A stretch of DNA of 64,000 nucleotides from an uncultured delta proteobacterium (GTDB taxonomy: Bacteria > Myxococcota > Myxococcia > Myxococcales > Myxococcaceae): contig CAVYSY010000033.1 in the NCBI GenBank assembly GCA_963771175.1, forward strand, positions 128,001 through 192,000. The letters are read 5' to 3'. A program made the position numbers and the translations under genes. Every line of letters starts with the position of its first letter. Position 1 is the first letter of the stretch. The notes under the pieces were generated by a model. That model did no database searches. It was not told the origin of the DNA and saw only the letters and a list, made by a program, of their open reading frames with translations. This document shows positions 1 to 9,480 of the stretch, in pieces.

Positions 1-1327
1 CGCCGGTGAGGGTGCGCTGGGCGATGAGCAGCAGCCGGCAGCGCTCGGCGATGCGACGCGGCAGTCGCGCCGTCTGGACGAACTCGGCGAGCAGGTCCTC
101 GATGCCCTGGGCCACGGAGGGACGGCCCGCCGGATCCTGCGGCTCGACGATGGGACCGGCCTGCGCGATGGGGACGAGCAGCGCGGCCAGCAGGATGGCG
201 TCATCCAGCGGCTCCCCGGAGGAGACGCGCCGGTCGAGCGCCTCGGCGTAGGAGTAGAAGGTCTCCCGACCCTTGCGGCCGTTCTCCCTCAGGTAGGCGG
301 CCACGGGCGGCAGCAGAATCTTCAGCGCGTCCAGCGCGGCGAGCAGCCGCAGACTGGGAGCCGCCACCCCGCCACGGATGAGGCGGAAGGTCTCCTCCAG
401 GAGGCGCGCGGGGGCGCAGCGGGGCAGGTCCTCGACCGCCCCCTCCATGGCGGCGTAGGTGCGCGACTCGATGTCCAGGCCCAGCTTGGAGGCGAAACGC
501 ACGGCGCGCAGGATGCGGACGGGATCCTCGCGCATGCGGATTTCCGGGTCGCCGATGGTCCGGATGTAGCGCTCGTCGAGGTCGCGCCGGCCGCGGACGT
601 AGTCAATCACCCGGCCCTCGGCGACGTCGTAGAAGAGGCCGTTCATGGTGAAGTCGCGGCGACGGGCGTCCTGCTCGGCGGTGCCGAAGACGTTGTCGTG
701 GGTGATGAGGAGGTCCTGCGCCGACTCCTGCGACCCCTCGACCTCGCCGCCCTCCTCACCGGTCTCCCCGTTCTCGGGAGCGCTCTCGCCATTGGAGGCG
801 TCGAGCTCGGTGGGGTTGGCGCGGAAGGTGGAGACCTCGATGATCTTCCCGCCCTTGAAGTAGATGTGGGCGAGCCGGAAGCGCCGGCCGATGAGGCGGC
901 AGTTGCGGAAGATGGCGCGCACCTCGCCGGGATGGGCGCTGGTGGCGATGTCGAAGTCCTTGGGCTTCTTGTCCAGCAGCAGGTCTCGCACACACCCACC
1001 CACGAAGTAGGCCTGGTGGCCGTGGGCGAGGAGGCGGTGGATGACCTTGAGGCCGTCCGGGTCGAGCTTGTCGGGGTCGATCTCCGCGGGCTCGCCAGAG
1101 GGGGTGGTGTCGGAAAGGAACTCGGTATCGGAGAGGGTGTCCTCGGAAAGTGTCTCCGAAAAAGCGGACATAGGGGCTTGGGTCTCCTCCGCGGGCTCGG
1201 GAACCGGCAGAACCTCGAGGGAGTCCAGGGACTCGGCCTCGGAGGCGACAACCTCGCGCGCGTCATCGGGCGCAGGCTGGAGCGTCGGTTCGCCGACAGG
1301 CGGCGTTTCAGTGGAGTCTCGCGTCAT
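1..1327 (-). CDS. pcnB: Poly(A) polymerase / polynucleotide adenylyltransferase (3' end runs off the window)
   Basis: Manual translation from ATG 1327 gives AYFVGGCVRDLLL..PKDFDIAT, CRLIGRRFRLAHI, DARRRDFTMNGLFY and EDPVRILRAVRFA. LIGRRFRLAH is the PAP I signature. Absent from the ORF track because no stop lies in the window. Confidence 0.93.
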   Translation of the reverse strand, partial: MTRDSTETPPVGEPTLQPAPDDAREVVASEAESLDSLEVLPVPEPAEETQAPMSAFSETLSEDTLSDTEFLSDTTPSGEPAEIDPDKLDPDGLKVIHRLLAHGHQAYFVGGCVRDLLLDKKPKDFDIATSAHPGEVRAIFRNCRLIGRRFRLAHIYFKGGKIIEVSTFRANPTELDASNGESAPENGETGEEGGEVEGSQESAQDLLITHDNVFGTAEQDARRRDFTMNGLFYDVAEGRVIDYVRGRRDLDERYIRTIGDPEIRMREDPVRILRAVRFASKLGLDIESRTYAAMEGAVEDLPRCAPARLLEETFRLIRGGVAAPSLRLLAALDALKILLPPVAAYLRENGRKGRETFYSYAEALDRRVSSGEPLDDAILLAALLVPIAQAGPIVEPQDPAGRPSVAQGIEDLLAEFVQTARLPRRIAERCRLLLIAQRTLTG

Positions 1328-1401
1328 CGCGGTTGACGCCCATGGGGGGCGATTCTAAGGGGCACGACCTATAGCGCATCCTCCCCGGAAGGGAGTAGCA
1401 C

Positions 1402-2421
1402 ATGAAGACATTGTTGACGGGAGCAACGGGGCTGGTGGGGGCCAACCTCGCCCACCTGCTGTGTGAGCAGGGGGAGCGCCCCCGCCTGCTCGTCCGGGAG
1501 CGGAGTGACCGCCGGGGCCTGCGCGGGCTGAGCTATGAAGAGGTGCTCGGCGACGTGCTGGATGCGGATTCCCTCCGGGGGGCGATGAAAGGGGTGGAGC
1601 GGGTCTACCACGTCGCGGGCGTCGTCCGGTTCGATCCCTTTACTCGGGAGGACGTCTCCCGCATCAACGCCCAGGGAACGCGAAACGTTCTAGAGGCGGC
1701 GAGGGGGGCGGGGGTGCGGCGGGTCGTGGTGGTGTCGAGCGTGGCGGCGGTCGGCCATGGGACGCTGGCCGAGCCGGCGACCGAGGAGAGCACGTACAAC
1801 TACGCCGGGGACAACCCGTACCACGAGTCCAAGCGGGAGGCGGAGCGGCTGGCGCTGGAGGCCTCGGGACCCACACTGGAAGTATTGGCGGGCAACCCGA
1901 GCTTCGTGATCGGCCCCTATGACGTGAGGCCGTCCACGGGGGACTTGCTGCTCTTCGTGGCGAAGGGGCTCGTGCAGGTCTACCCGAGCGGTGGGGTGAA
2001 CGTGGTGAACGCGCAGGATGTGGCGCGGGGGTTGCACCTCATCATGGAGAAGGGCCGCCCGGGGGAGCGCTACATCCTGGGTGGGGAGAACCTGACCTAC
2101 CGCGAGCTCCTGACCCTCTGCGCGGAGGAGGCGGGGGTGGCGCCGCCGAGGCTGCCGCTGCCGGACGTGGCGGTGAAGGCGCTGGGGAAGTTCGGGGACG
2201 TGGTGGGCCGGCTGTCCCCGGACCTGTTCAAGCACGTGAACACGGCGTTCCTGCAGGCGCTGCCGGTGCCGGCGTACCAGTCGTCGGGGAAGGCGATGCG
2301 GGAGCTGGGCTATCAACCGAGGCCGGTGCGGCTCGGCATCCGGGAGGCCCTGCGCTGGTTCCAGGAGGAGGGAATGCTCCCGAGGGACCGGCCCCTCACC
2401 CCCCGCGGCGTCGTAGGCTGA
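1402..2421 (+). CDS. NAD-dependent epimerase/dehydratase (extended SDR, HpnA/dihydroflavonol reductase-like)
   Basis: TGATGLVG Rossmann motif, YHVAG, SSVAA, YHESK (YxxxK), GERYILGGEN. Confidence 0.88.
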   Translation: MKTLLTGATGLVGANLAHLLCEQGERPRLLVRERSDRRGLRGLSYEEVLGDVLDADSLRGAMKGVERVYHVAGVVRFDPFTREDVSRINAQGTRNVLEAARGAGVRRVVVVSSVAAVGHGTLAEPATEESTYNYAGDNPYHESKREAERLALEASGPTLEVLAGNPSFVIGPYDVRPSTGDLLLFVAKGLVQVYPSGGVNVVNAQDVARGLHLIMEKGRPGERYILGGENLTYRELLTLCAEEAGVAPPRLPLPDVAVKALGKFGDVVGRLSPDLFKHVNTAFLQALPVPAYQSSGKAMRELGYQPRPVRLGIREALRWFQEEGMLPRDRPLTPRGVVG

Positions 2422-2443
2422 ACCCCCTGGAGAACCAGACCCC

Positions 2444-2965
2444 ATGAGCTTCACCATCGCCATCGGCTCGACGAACCCGGCCAAGACGACAGCGGCGCGA
2501 GCCATCTGTGAGCGGGCCTTCCCCGGCTGCACCGTGGTGCCAGTCGACGTGCCCAGCGGAGTCCCCGAGCAACCCATCGGCGCCCAGCAGACCTCGACGG
2601 GAGCGCGCAACCGGGCCCGGGCGGCGCTGGCGGCCGTTGCGGGGGCGCGGATGGGCATGGGGTTGGAGGGGGGCGTGGACCCGGACGGCAGCCTCATCAA
2701 CTGCGTGGCCGTGGTGGAGGCCGAGGGCCGGGAGAACCTGACCTGGGGTGTGCGCTTCCCCCTCCCGCCGAGCGTCGTCGCCCGGGTGCTGAAGGGCGAG
2801 GAGCTCAGCGTGGTCATGGACCAGGTCACCGGCCGGACCGAGAGCAAGAAGCAGCTCGGAGCCGTGGGCATCCTCACCAACGGCCTCTTCACGCGCGCCG
2901 AGATGTGGCAGGGCCCGCTCGCCTGCGCGCTGATGCCCTTCCTGCACCCAGGGCTCTACCCCTAA
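2444..2965 (+). CDS. yjjX: Non-canonical purine NTP phosphatase (inosine/xanthosine triphosphatase, DUF84)
   Basis: GSTNPAK, VPSGVPEQP, GARNRA, GLEGGV, GAVGILT motifs. Confidence 0.9.
   Translation: MSFTIAIGSTNPAKTTAARAICERAFPGCTVVPVDVPSGVPEQPIGAQQTSTGARNRARAALAAVAGARMGMGLEGGVDPDGSLINCVAVVEAEGRENLTWGVRFPLPPSVVARVLKGEELSVVMDQVTGRTESKKQLGAVGILTNGLFTRAEMWQGPLACALMPFLHPGLYP
2470..2962 (+). repeat. Direct repeat copy 1 (~490 bp, yjjX body); copy 2 at 4367-4858
   Basis: Both copies start GACGAACCCGGCCAAGACGACAGCGG and end CTCTACCCC, with scattered substitutions. Confidence 0.95.
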
Positions 2966-3119
2966 CCCCCCCTTCAGGGAGCAGGGATTGACACTCCCGG
3001 CGGCTCCAAACGGTGCATCCGGTGGATGCGACCGGGGGTCTTGGGAGGTGGTTTGCCTGGAAGTGACTCCAGGCGTCTCGTGTACTACAGAGGCGCTTCC
3101 ACCCATTTGGAGGAACGAG

Positions 3120-3890
3120 ATGAGCCGATTCATTTGGTACGACCTGATGAGCTCCGACGTCGCGGGTGCGAAGGCTTTCTATTCGGACATCATCGGCTGG
3201 AGGACCGAGAAGTGGTCGGGCGGCGACTACGAGCTCCTGAAGGCCGGCGACAAAGGTGTCGGGGGCATCATGGCGCTGCCTGACGAGATGAAGCGTGCTG
3301 GCGTTCCGCAGCACTGGATGGGCTACGTCCACGTCGACGATGTCGATGCCATCGCGCAGAAGGCGCAGAAGATGGGCGGCAAGGTGATGGCGCCTCCCTC
3401 CGACATCCCCACCGTCGGCCGCTACGCCGTCCTCGCGGATCCGCAGGGTGCCGTGTTCGCCGTCTTCAAGCCGCAGCCCCGCGAAGGCGAGCAGCTCGCT
3501 CCTCGCGAGCAGCTCGGCAACTTCAGCTGGGCCGAGCTCAACACCACCGATTGGCAGAGCGCCTGGAAGTTCTACTCTGATCTCTTCGGCTGGAAGGCCA
3601 CCTCGTCCATGAACATGGGCCCCGAGTTCGGCGAGTACTTCATGTTCGGCACCGACCCCAAGCAGTCGATGGGCGGGATGTCGAACGCCGCCAACATGAT
3701 GAAGACCCCCGCTCACTGGCTGCACTACATCAACGTGAAGAACGCCGACGAGACCGCCAGGCGCATCACGGAGAAGGGCGGAAAGGTGCTCAACGGCCCG
3801 ATGGACATCCCCGGCGGAGACCGCATCGCCCAGTGCATGGATCCGCAGGGCGGTGTGTTCGCCATCTATTCGGCGGGTAAGCGCGCGTAG
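3120..3890 (+). CDS. VOC/glyoxalase family protein with two tandem VOC domains
   Basis: FIWYDLM..AKAFYS..GW and FSWAEL..AWKFYS..FGW repeats, two DPQG motifs; GGAGG RBS before ATG 3120. Confidence 0.9.
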   Translation: MSRFIWYDLMSSDVAGAKAFYSDIIGWRTEKWSGGDYELLKAGDKGVGGIMALPDEMKRAGVPQHWMGYVHVDDVDAIAQKAQKMGGKVMAPPSDIPTVGRYAVLADPQGAVFAVFKPQPREGEQLAPREQLGNFSWAELNTTDWQSAWKFYSDLFGWKATSSMNMGPEFGEYFMFGTDPKQSMGGMSNAANMMKTPAHWLHYINVKNADETARRITEKGGKVLNGPMDIPGGDRIAQCMDPQGGVFAIYSAGKRA

Positions 3891-3937
3891 CGTTGCTTCG
3901 TGGGGAAGGTCGCCTCGTCGAGCAGACGCATCGCCCG

Positions 3938-3959
3938 CCTCGGGTCGGTGGACCCGAGG
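3938..3959. terminator. Perfect 9-bp GC hairpin between convergent genes (possible bidirectional terminator)
   Basis: CCTCGGGTC-GGTG-GACCCGAGG; no clear U-tract. Confidence 0.35.
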
Positions 3960-3992
3960 ACGGGCGCCTACGCCATCAAACCGGGTCGGTCG

Positions 3993-4366
3993 CTAGCGCA
4001 GGAAGAGCTCCTCGCGGCTCGGTGCGTCGATGGGCAGCTCCTCGGCCGACAGGGTGTTCAGCGCGGGTGGACGGACGACGCTGACGCCCATCCACTGCTG
4101 GAGCTTGTCCAGGGCCAGGGTGCGCTCGGGCTCGGGGAGTTGGAGGATGGAGGAGCCGTGGTTGCCGCCGGGCACGAAGAGGCGCAGCGAGTCGTTGCGC
4201 TCGCGCACTTCGAAGGCGCCGGTGGACCAGGGGTCGTTCTCCCCGTAGATGAAGAGCAGGCGCTGGCCGTCGGTGCGCACCCAGCGCTCCACCTGGCGCA
4301 TGATGGCGTGGTCGAACGGCTTCTCCACCTCCAGGGGCGGGTAGTTCGTCACCGCGTCCTGGCGCG
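3993..4366 (-). pseudogene. C-terminal remnant of an S37/S28-type tripeptidyl aminopeptidase
   Basis: FDHAIMRQVERWVRTDGQRLLFIYGENDPWSTGAF..PGGNHGS resembles the C-terminus of PS-10 (S37) peptidases; the 5' part is replaced by the yjjX repeat. Confidence 0.65.
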
Positions 4367-4882
4367 GACGAACCCGGCCAAGACGACAGCGGTGCGAGCC
4401 ATCTGTGAGCGGGCCTTCCCCGGCTGCACCGTGGTGCCAATCGACGTCCGAGCGGAGTCCCCGAGCAACCCATCGGCTCCGAGCAGACCTCGACGGGAGC
4501 GCGCAACCGGGCGCGGGCGGCGCTGGCGGCCGTTGCGGGGGCGCGGATGGGCATGGGGTTGGAGGGGGGCGTGGACCCGGACGGCAGCCTCATCAACTGC
4601 GTGGTCGTGGTGGAGGCCGGGGGCCAGGAGAACCTGACCTGGGGTGTGCGCTTCCCCCTCCCCCCGAGCGTCGTCGCCCGGGTGCTGAAGGGCGAGGAGC
4701 TGGGCCGGGTCATGGACCAGGTCTCCGGCCGGACCGAGAGCAAGAAGCAGCTCGGAGCCGTGGGCATCCTCACCAACGGCATCTTCACGCGCGCCGAGAT
4801 GTGGCAGGGCCCGCTCGCCTGCGCGCTGATGCCCTTCCTGCACCCGGGGCTCTACCCCGCGCACCGCTCCGAATCCGTTTGA
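4367..4882 (+). pseudogene. yjjX: Degenerate second yjjX copy (5'-truncated, 1-nt deletion near 4448, altered C-terminus)
   Basis: Direct repeat of 2470-2962 lacking the first ~9 codons (MSFTIAIGS) and the RBS. Confidence 0.85.
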
Positions 4883-4886
4883 GGCC

Positions 4887-5222
4887 TCACCCCTCCAACC
4901 GGTGCTCGATGCGAATGAGCCGGACGCCCTTCGGCGTGCGCATGAGCGTGTCCCACCAGTCCGCCCCGTCATACCAATAGCGGATCTGCACCCCGAGCAC
5001 CCTCCCCTCCCGGAGCGCCTCCACGGCCTCGGCGAGCGGGACGGACTGCTCGGAGGCCATCGCCAGGGCTCCGCCCTTGAGCAGCACCTCCTTCACCACG
5101 GTGCAGCGCTGGATGTCCTGGAGGAGCTGCTCCAGCGTGTCCGAGTCGAGGATGGCGTCCTGCAACTGGGGAAGCGGGGTGTTCTCGGGAGCGGCATTCC
5201 CGAGGCGGAGAGCTGCTGTCAT
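4887..5222 (-). CDS. Hypothetical protein (111 aa), last gene of the nap operon
   Basis: MTAALRLGN..VQIRYWYDGADWWDTLMRTPKGVRLIRI; ATGA overlap with the upstream ferredoxin stop. Confidence 0.75.
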   Translation of the reverse strand: MTAALRLGNAAPENTPLPQLQDAILDSDTLEQLLQDIQRCTVVKEVLLKGGALAMASEQSVPLAEAVEALREGRVLGVQIRYWYDGADWWDTLMRTPKGVRLIRIEHRLEG

Positions 5223-5800
5223 GAGACGGCGACCTGCTGGTGGGAGGGAAGGAACTCGAAGGCGTTGAGCGGGGCCGGGCACACCTGGACGCAGACGCCA
5301 CAGCCGTTGCACCGCTCCTCCACCACGCGGGGGCGCCCCAGCTCGATGACGATGGCGTTCTCGACGGGGCAGCGCTCGGAGCAGGTGCTGCAGAACGAGC
5401 CCTGCCAGGCGAGGCAGAGCTGGGGACGCACGCGAACGGTCATCCCCGGGACGGGAGCACCCATCGGAGCGCCGGGATTCGCGGAGGACGGACCCCCAGC
5501 GGGAGGCGCGAGCGGAGCCATTCCGATCCGGCTGACGCCGTCCTGGGGGACGACGAGCCCCTCTCGCAGGGAGAAGACCGGGATGCTGTTTCCAGTGGCC
5601 TCGCCCGCCTGCGAACGGGAGGAATAGAACGCCTCGAGGGAGAAGCCACCGCCCGCTGCGGGAGCAGGCGCGGGTGCGGGCTCGGACACAACGGGCGCGG
5701 GCGCGGGAGCACGAGTGGGCTCCGGCGAAGGCGCGGGCTCCTCCTTCTTGCGAAGGAACCCGAAGAGCGCCCGGCGGCTGATGGCGGCCCGCGAGCTCAC
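5219..5800 (-). CDS. NapF/NapG-like 2x[4Fe-4S] ferredoxin
   Basis: GTG start overlapping the napB stop; SRRALFGF N-terminus; CLAWQGSFCSTCSERCP and CNGCGVCVQVCP. Confidence 0.8.
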   Translation of the reverse strand: MSSRAAISRRALFGFLRKKEEPAPSPEPTRAPAPAPVVSEPAPAPAPAAGGGFSLEAFYSSRSQAGEATGNSIPVFSLREGLVVPQDGVSRIGMAPLAPPAGGPSSANPGAPMGAPVPGMTVRVRPQLCLAWQGSFCSTCSERCPVENAIVIELGRPRVVEERCNGCGVCVQVCPAPLNAFEFLPSHQQVAVS

Positions 5801-6594
5801 GGCTTCGCCTCCGTCGCCATGCCCGCCAGACCCGGCTCCCCTGCCCCACCGACGCGCTGGTCGAGCCGCGCCGAGGAACCATGGCACTGCTGGCAGTTCT
5901 GCCGCTCCGGGTGCGAGGTGCGCAGCCCGGGGAGCCCCTTGGGCCCGTGGCAGCTCGCGCAATCGGTCCGCATGTGCGTCGAGTGAGGCATGGTCGGCGG
6001 TGCGCCCGGCCACGCCCGCGCACCATTCCCGGCCGAGGCCAGCCCGACGAAGCCGTTGCCCGGCATGTCCTTGTACGGGGCCAGCGGGCGAGGCGAATCC
6101 CCCACCACATGGCACTGCGTGCAGCTCTGGTACGGCTCGTGGCTGATCTTCGGAGCCACCCGGTTGCCCAGCTTCATCCCCTCGCCGTGGCAGGCGAGAC
6201 AGCCGGGGACCTCGCGCTGGTCGATGTCGTGCGGAATGGTCGGCGGCGCCCCGTCATACGCGCGGTGGGTCTTCCGCTGGGCCACGGCCTGCGCGCGCTG
6301 CTCGGAGGTGGCCACCGGCAGGGGCTTCACCGGCAACTCCTCCTCCGACAGCGAGGCAATGGCCCCCTCGTACATCCGCGCGTTGTCTCCACGCCGCGCC
6401 TCGCGCAGCTCGCCGTAGCTCAGAGCACGCTCCGCCCGTTGCGCATGCGGATCCGAAGCCACCGGTCGCTCGGGCATCTCCGGCGCACGGACCCCCGCGA
6501 AGTACCCGGTGGCCGCGAGCGCCACCGCCACGGCGGCGCCCACGTGGAGCCAGCGAGCCGGGAGGCCACTCCCCTGTTCGCCCTCGGGGTTCAT
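5797..6594 (-). CDS. napB: Nitrate reductase cytochrome c subunit, tetraheme (duplicated NapB-like domain)
   Basis: N-terminal hydrophobic helix; [22 protein letters not shown] and [22 protein letters not shown]; translationally coupled to napA. Confidence 0.85.
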   Translation of the reverse strand: MNPEGEQGSGLPARWLHVGAAVAVALAATGYFAGVRAPEMPERPVASDPHAQRAERALSYGELREARRGDNARMYEGAIASLSEEELPVKPLPVATSEQRAQAVAQRKTHRAYDGAPPTIPHDIDQREVPGCLACHGEGMKLGNRVAPKISHEPYQSCTQCHVVGDSPRPLAPYKDMPGNGFVGLASAGNGARAWPGAPPTMPHSTHMRTDCASCHGPKGLPGLRTSHPERQNCQQCHGSSARLDQRVGGAGEPGLAGMATEAKP

Positions 6595-9044
6595 CCCTGC
6601 TTCTCCGCGACGAGCTCACGCCGGCGCACCCGGGCCGCGCACTTCTTGTAGTCCGGCTGCTTGGAGAACGGGTCGTGCGCGTCGAGCGTGAGCCCGTTGA
6701 TGAGCAGCCGCTCGTCGAAGAACGGGACGAACAGCGAGCCCGGCGGCGGGCTCGCCGCGACCGTCGATCCACACCGGCAGCTCGAGCTTCCCGCGCCGCG
6801 TCTCGAGCGTCACCGAGTTCGCCGTTGCCGCACGCCGAGCCGCCGCGCGTCGTCGCGGTTCATCTCGACGTAGGCCTGCGGCATCGCGCGCTGGAGCTGC
6901 GGGAATGCGCATCGTCATCGTGCCGGTGTGCCAGTGCTCGAGCACGCGGCCGGTGCAGAGCCAGAAGGGGATACTCGGCGTCGGGCGACTCGGGCGGCGG
7001 CTCGTAGGGGCTGGAACCAGATCTGCGCGCGGTCGTCCTTGGTGGTCGAGTGGTAGAACTGGATGTCGCGTGCCCTTCTTCACGTACGGGTCGTCGAAGC
7101 CGGAGAAGCGGAACCGCGTCTCGCGCCAGCGTGCCGTCCGGCTGCTGCACCACCGGCCAGCGCAGGCCGCGCGCCTTCACGTACTCCGCGTAGGGCGCGA
7201 GGTCCTTGTGCTTGATGCGGCGTGAACTTGCGGTACTCCTCGAAGAGGTGCTCGTCGACGTTGACGTCGTAGTAGTGGGCGAAGTCCCAGATGGGCACCG
7301 GCTTGCCGTCCTTGCCCTTCAGCGTCGAAGAGGAACCGGCCGTCCTTGTCCTTCATCCCCGCGATGCCCGAGCTCGAAGAGCCGGTGCGCGACGGCGATG
7401 ATCTGCCAGCAGTCGTCGCGCGCCTCGCCCGGGCGGCTCGACCATCTTGAACCACTGCTGCGTGCGGCGCTCGGAGTTGCCGAACATGCCGTTCTTCTCG
7501 ACCCACATGCGCCGACGGCAGGACGAGATCGGCCGATGCGCGTCGTCGCGGTCGGGTAGACGTCGGAGACGATGAGGAACTTGTCCGCGAGCTTGCGGCT
7601 CGGGATCGAACAGCTCGTGCAGTTGGGCAGCGACTGGCCGGGGTTGGTGACCTGCACCCAGATCGTGTCGATGTCGCCGCCCTGGTCCGTGGGCGTGGAG
7701 AAGCGCTTCCACATCTCGACGGTGTGGTAGCCGGGCTTGGCGTTGATGCGGCCCGCGGGGACGTTCCAGATCTCCTCGGCCTCCTCGCGGTGCTCGGCGT
7801 TGGCGACCACGCAGGCCGCCGGGGAGCGCGTGGGCGAGCGTGCCGACCTCGCGCACCGTGCCGCACGCGGAGGGCTGGCCGGTGAGGCTGGTCGGCGCGT
7901 CGCCCGGCTTGCCGAAGTGCCCGCTGAGCAGGTGGACGCCGTGGACGAGGTTGTTGATCGCCGTGCCGCGCGTGTGCTGGTTCATGCCCATGCACCACAG
8001 GCTGGTGATGCGCAGGTCGCGCCGGCCGAACAGCTCGGCGAGCATCGCGGATGTCCTTCGCCGGCGACGCCCGAGAGCTGCTCCACCTTCTCCGGGCGTG
8101 TACTCGGCGAGCAGCCTTCTTGTACTCGTCGAAGGTGATGGCCTTGCCCTCGAGCGTCGGCGGCTCGTCGGCGCGCGCGGAAGGCGCAGTGCTTCTCGAC
8201 GAAGTCCTTGTCGTAGGTGCCGTTCTCGACGCAGCAGGTGCGCGATGCCGCAGGCGATCGCGAGGTCGCGCGTGCGGCTTGAAGCGCGAGCACGTGATCG
8301 GCAGAACCCGCTGGTGCGCGTGCGGCGCGTGCCGATGTCGATGAGGGTGACCTTCTCGCCGCGCGAGCGCCGGTCGATGACGCGCGAGAACAGCACCGGG
8401 TGCATCTCGGCGGGGTTGTTGCCCCAGAGTGATGAGCACGTCGCACGTGTCGAGGTCGTCGTAGCAGCCGGCCGGCTCGTCGACGCCGTAGGTGGCGAGG
8501 AAGCCCGTCACCGCCGAGGACATGCAGAGCCGCGCGTTGGCGTCGATCTGGTTGGTCGCCGAGCCCGCCCTTGATGAACTTGTTGGCGGCGTAGCCCTCG
8601 GGGATCGTCCACTGGCCGCTGCCGTAGATGGCGAAGCCCGCGGGGTTCTTCATGCACGCGCTTGGCGATGATGTCGATCGCCTCGTCCCACGAGATGGGC
8701 TCGAGCTTGCCGTTCTTGCGCAGGAGCGGCGTGGTGCAGGCGATCCTCGCCGTAGAGCGCGAGGCCGACGTGGTAGCCCTTCACGCAGAGCAGGCCCTTG
8801 TTCACCTCGGCCTTCTGATCGCCCGCGATCGCGACGACCTTGCCGTCCTGCACGCCGACCTGGACGTGGCAGCCGGTGCCGCAGAACCGGCACGGCGCCT
8901 TGTTCCACGTGCACGCCGTCGCCGTGACGGGCGGCGGCCGACGGCGTCCGCGGCGGCCTCGTCCTGGCCGTAGCGCGAGCCGGCGCGGCCGCGACCGTCG
9001 CCGCCGCCATCGCCGAGCCGCTTGAGGAAGTCCCGGCGATCCAT
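6591..9044 (-). CDS. napA: Periplasmic nitrate reductase catalytic subunit (multiple apparent frameshifts)
   Basis: Tat motif [21 protein letters not shown] [4Fe-4S]; [20 protein letters not shown] with the Mo-ligand Cys; [37 protein letters not shown], spread over several frames. Confidence 0.93.
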
Positions 9045-9049
9045 CAGCC

Positions 9050-9303
9050 TCAGCCCTCCTCGTGCTCTGAGAAGTCGATCCATCACCACGTCCACGAAGC
9101 GCACGCCGGCGGCTCCGTCAGCGCGACTCGCGCGAGCGCCTCGCCCTCCTGCGAGCGTCGCCGTCTCGGTCGACCACCGGCAGCCAGCGCTCCTCGCGCG
9201 TCGCCGCCCAGCGTGATGCGCGGGTCGCGAGCAGCTCCGAGGGCGCGCGAGCCTCAGCGCGGGTCACAGCGTCGAGGGTGACGACCAGGCCGCTGATCGG
9301 CAT
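9050..9303 (-). CDS. napD: NapD-like signal-peptide chaperone (frameshifted)
   Basis: [10 protein letters not shown] start and VRFVDVV near the end; ~85 codons directly upstream of napA. Confidence 0.75.
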
Positions 9304-9464
9304 GCGGGTCCGCCCGTCGCAGCACGCCCGCCCATGGAGCAAGAGGCGGACCACTCCGACGCGCCACCGGCATCCGGCACGCGTGACGCGCAAGTCTGCG
9401 CGCGACCGTGCATCGGCGATGCGCGGCATCGCCGCCTCGAGGCGTCGCGAGGCAGACGCGCGCG

Positions 9465-9480
9465 TGGCACGGACCCTGCT
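9465..9480 (+). promoter_or_regulatory. Putative sigma54 (-24/-12) promoter for the cytochrome/NrfC/NrfD operon
   Basis: TGGCAC-GGACC-CTGCT matches TGGCAC-N5-YTGCW just upstream of the cytochrome ORF. Confidence 0.6.

Noticed and set aside
1402..2421. hpnA / hopanoid cluster
   Set aside because: Family resemblance only; no squalene-hopene cyclase or other hpn genes adjacent.
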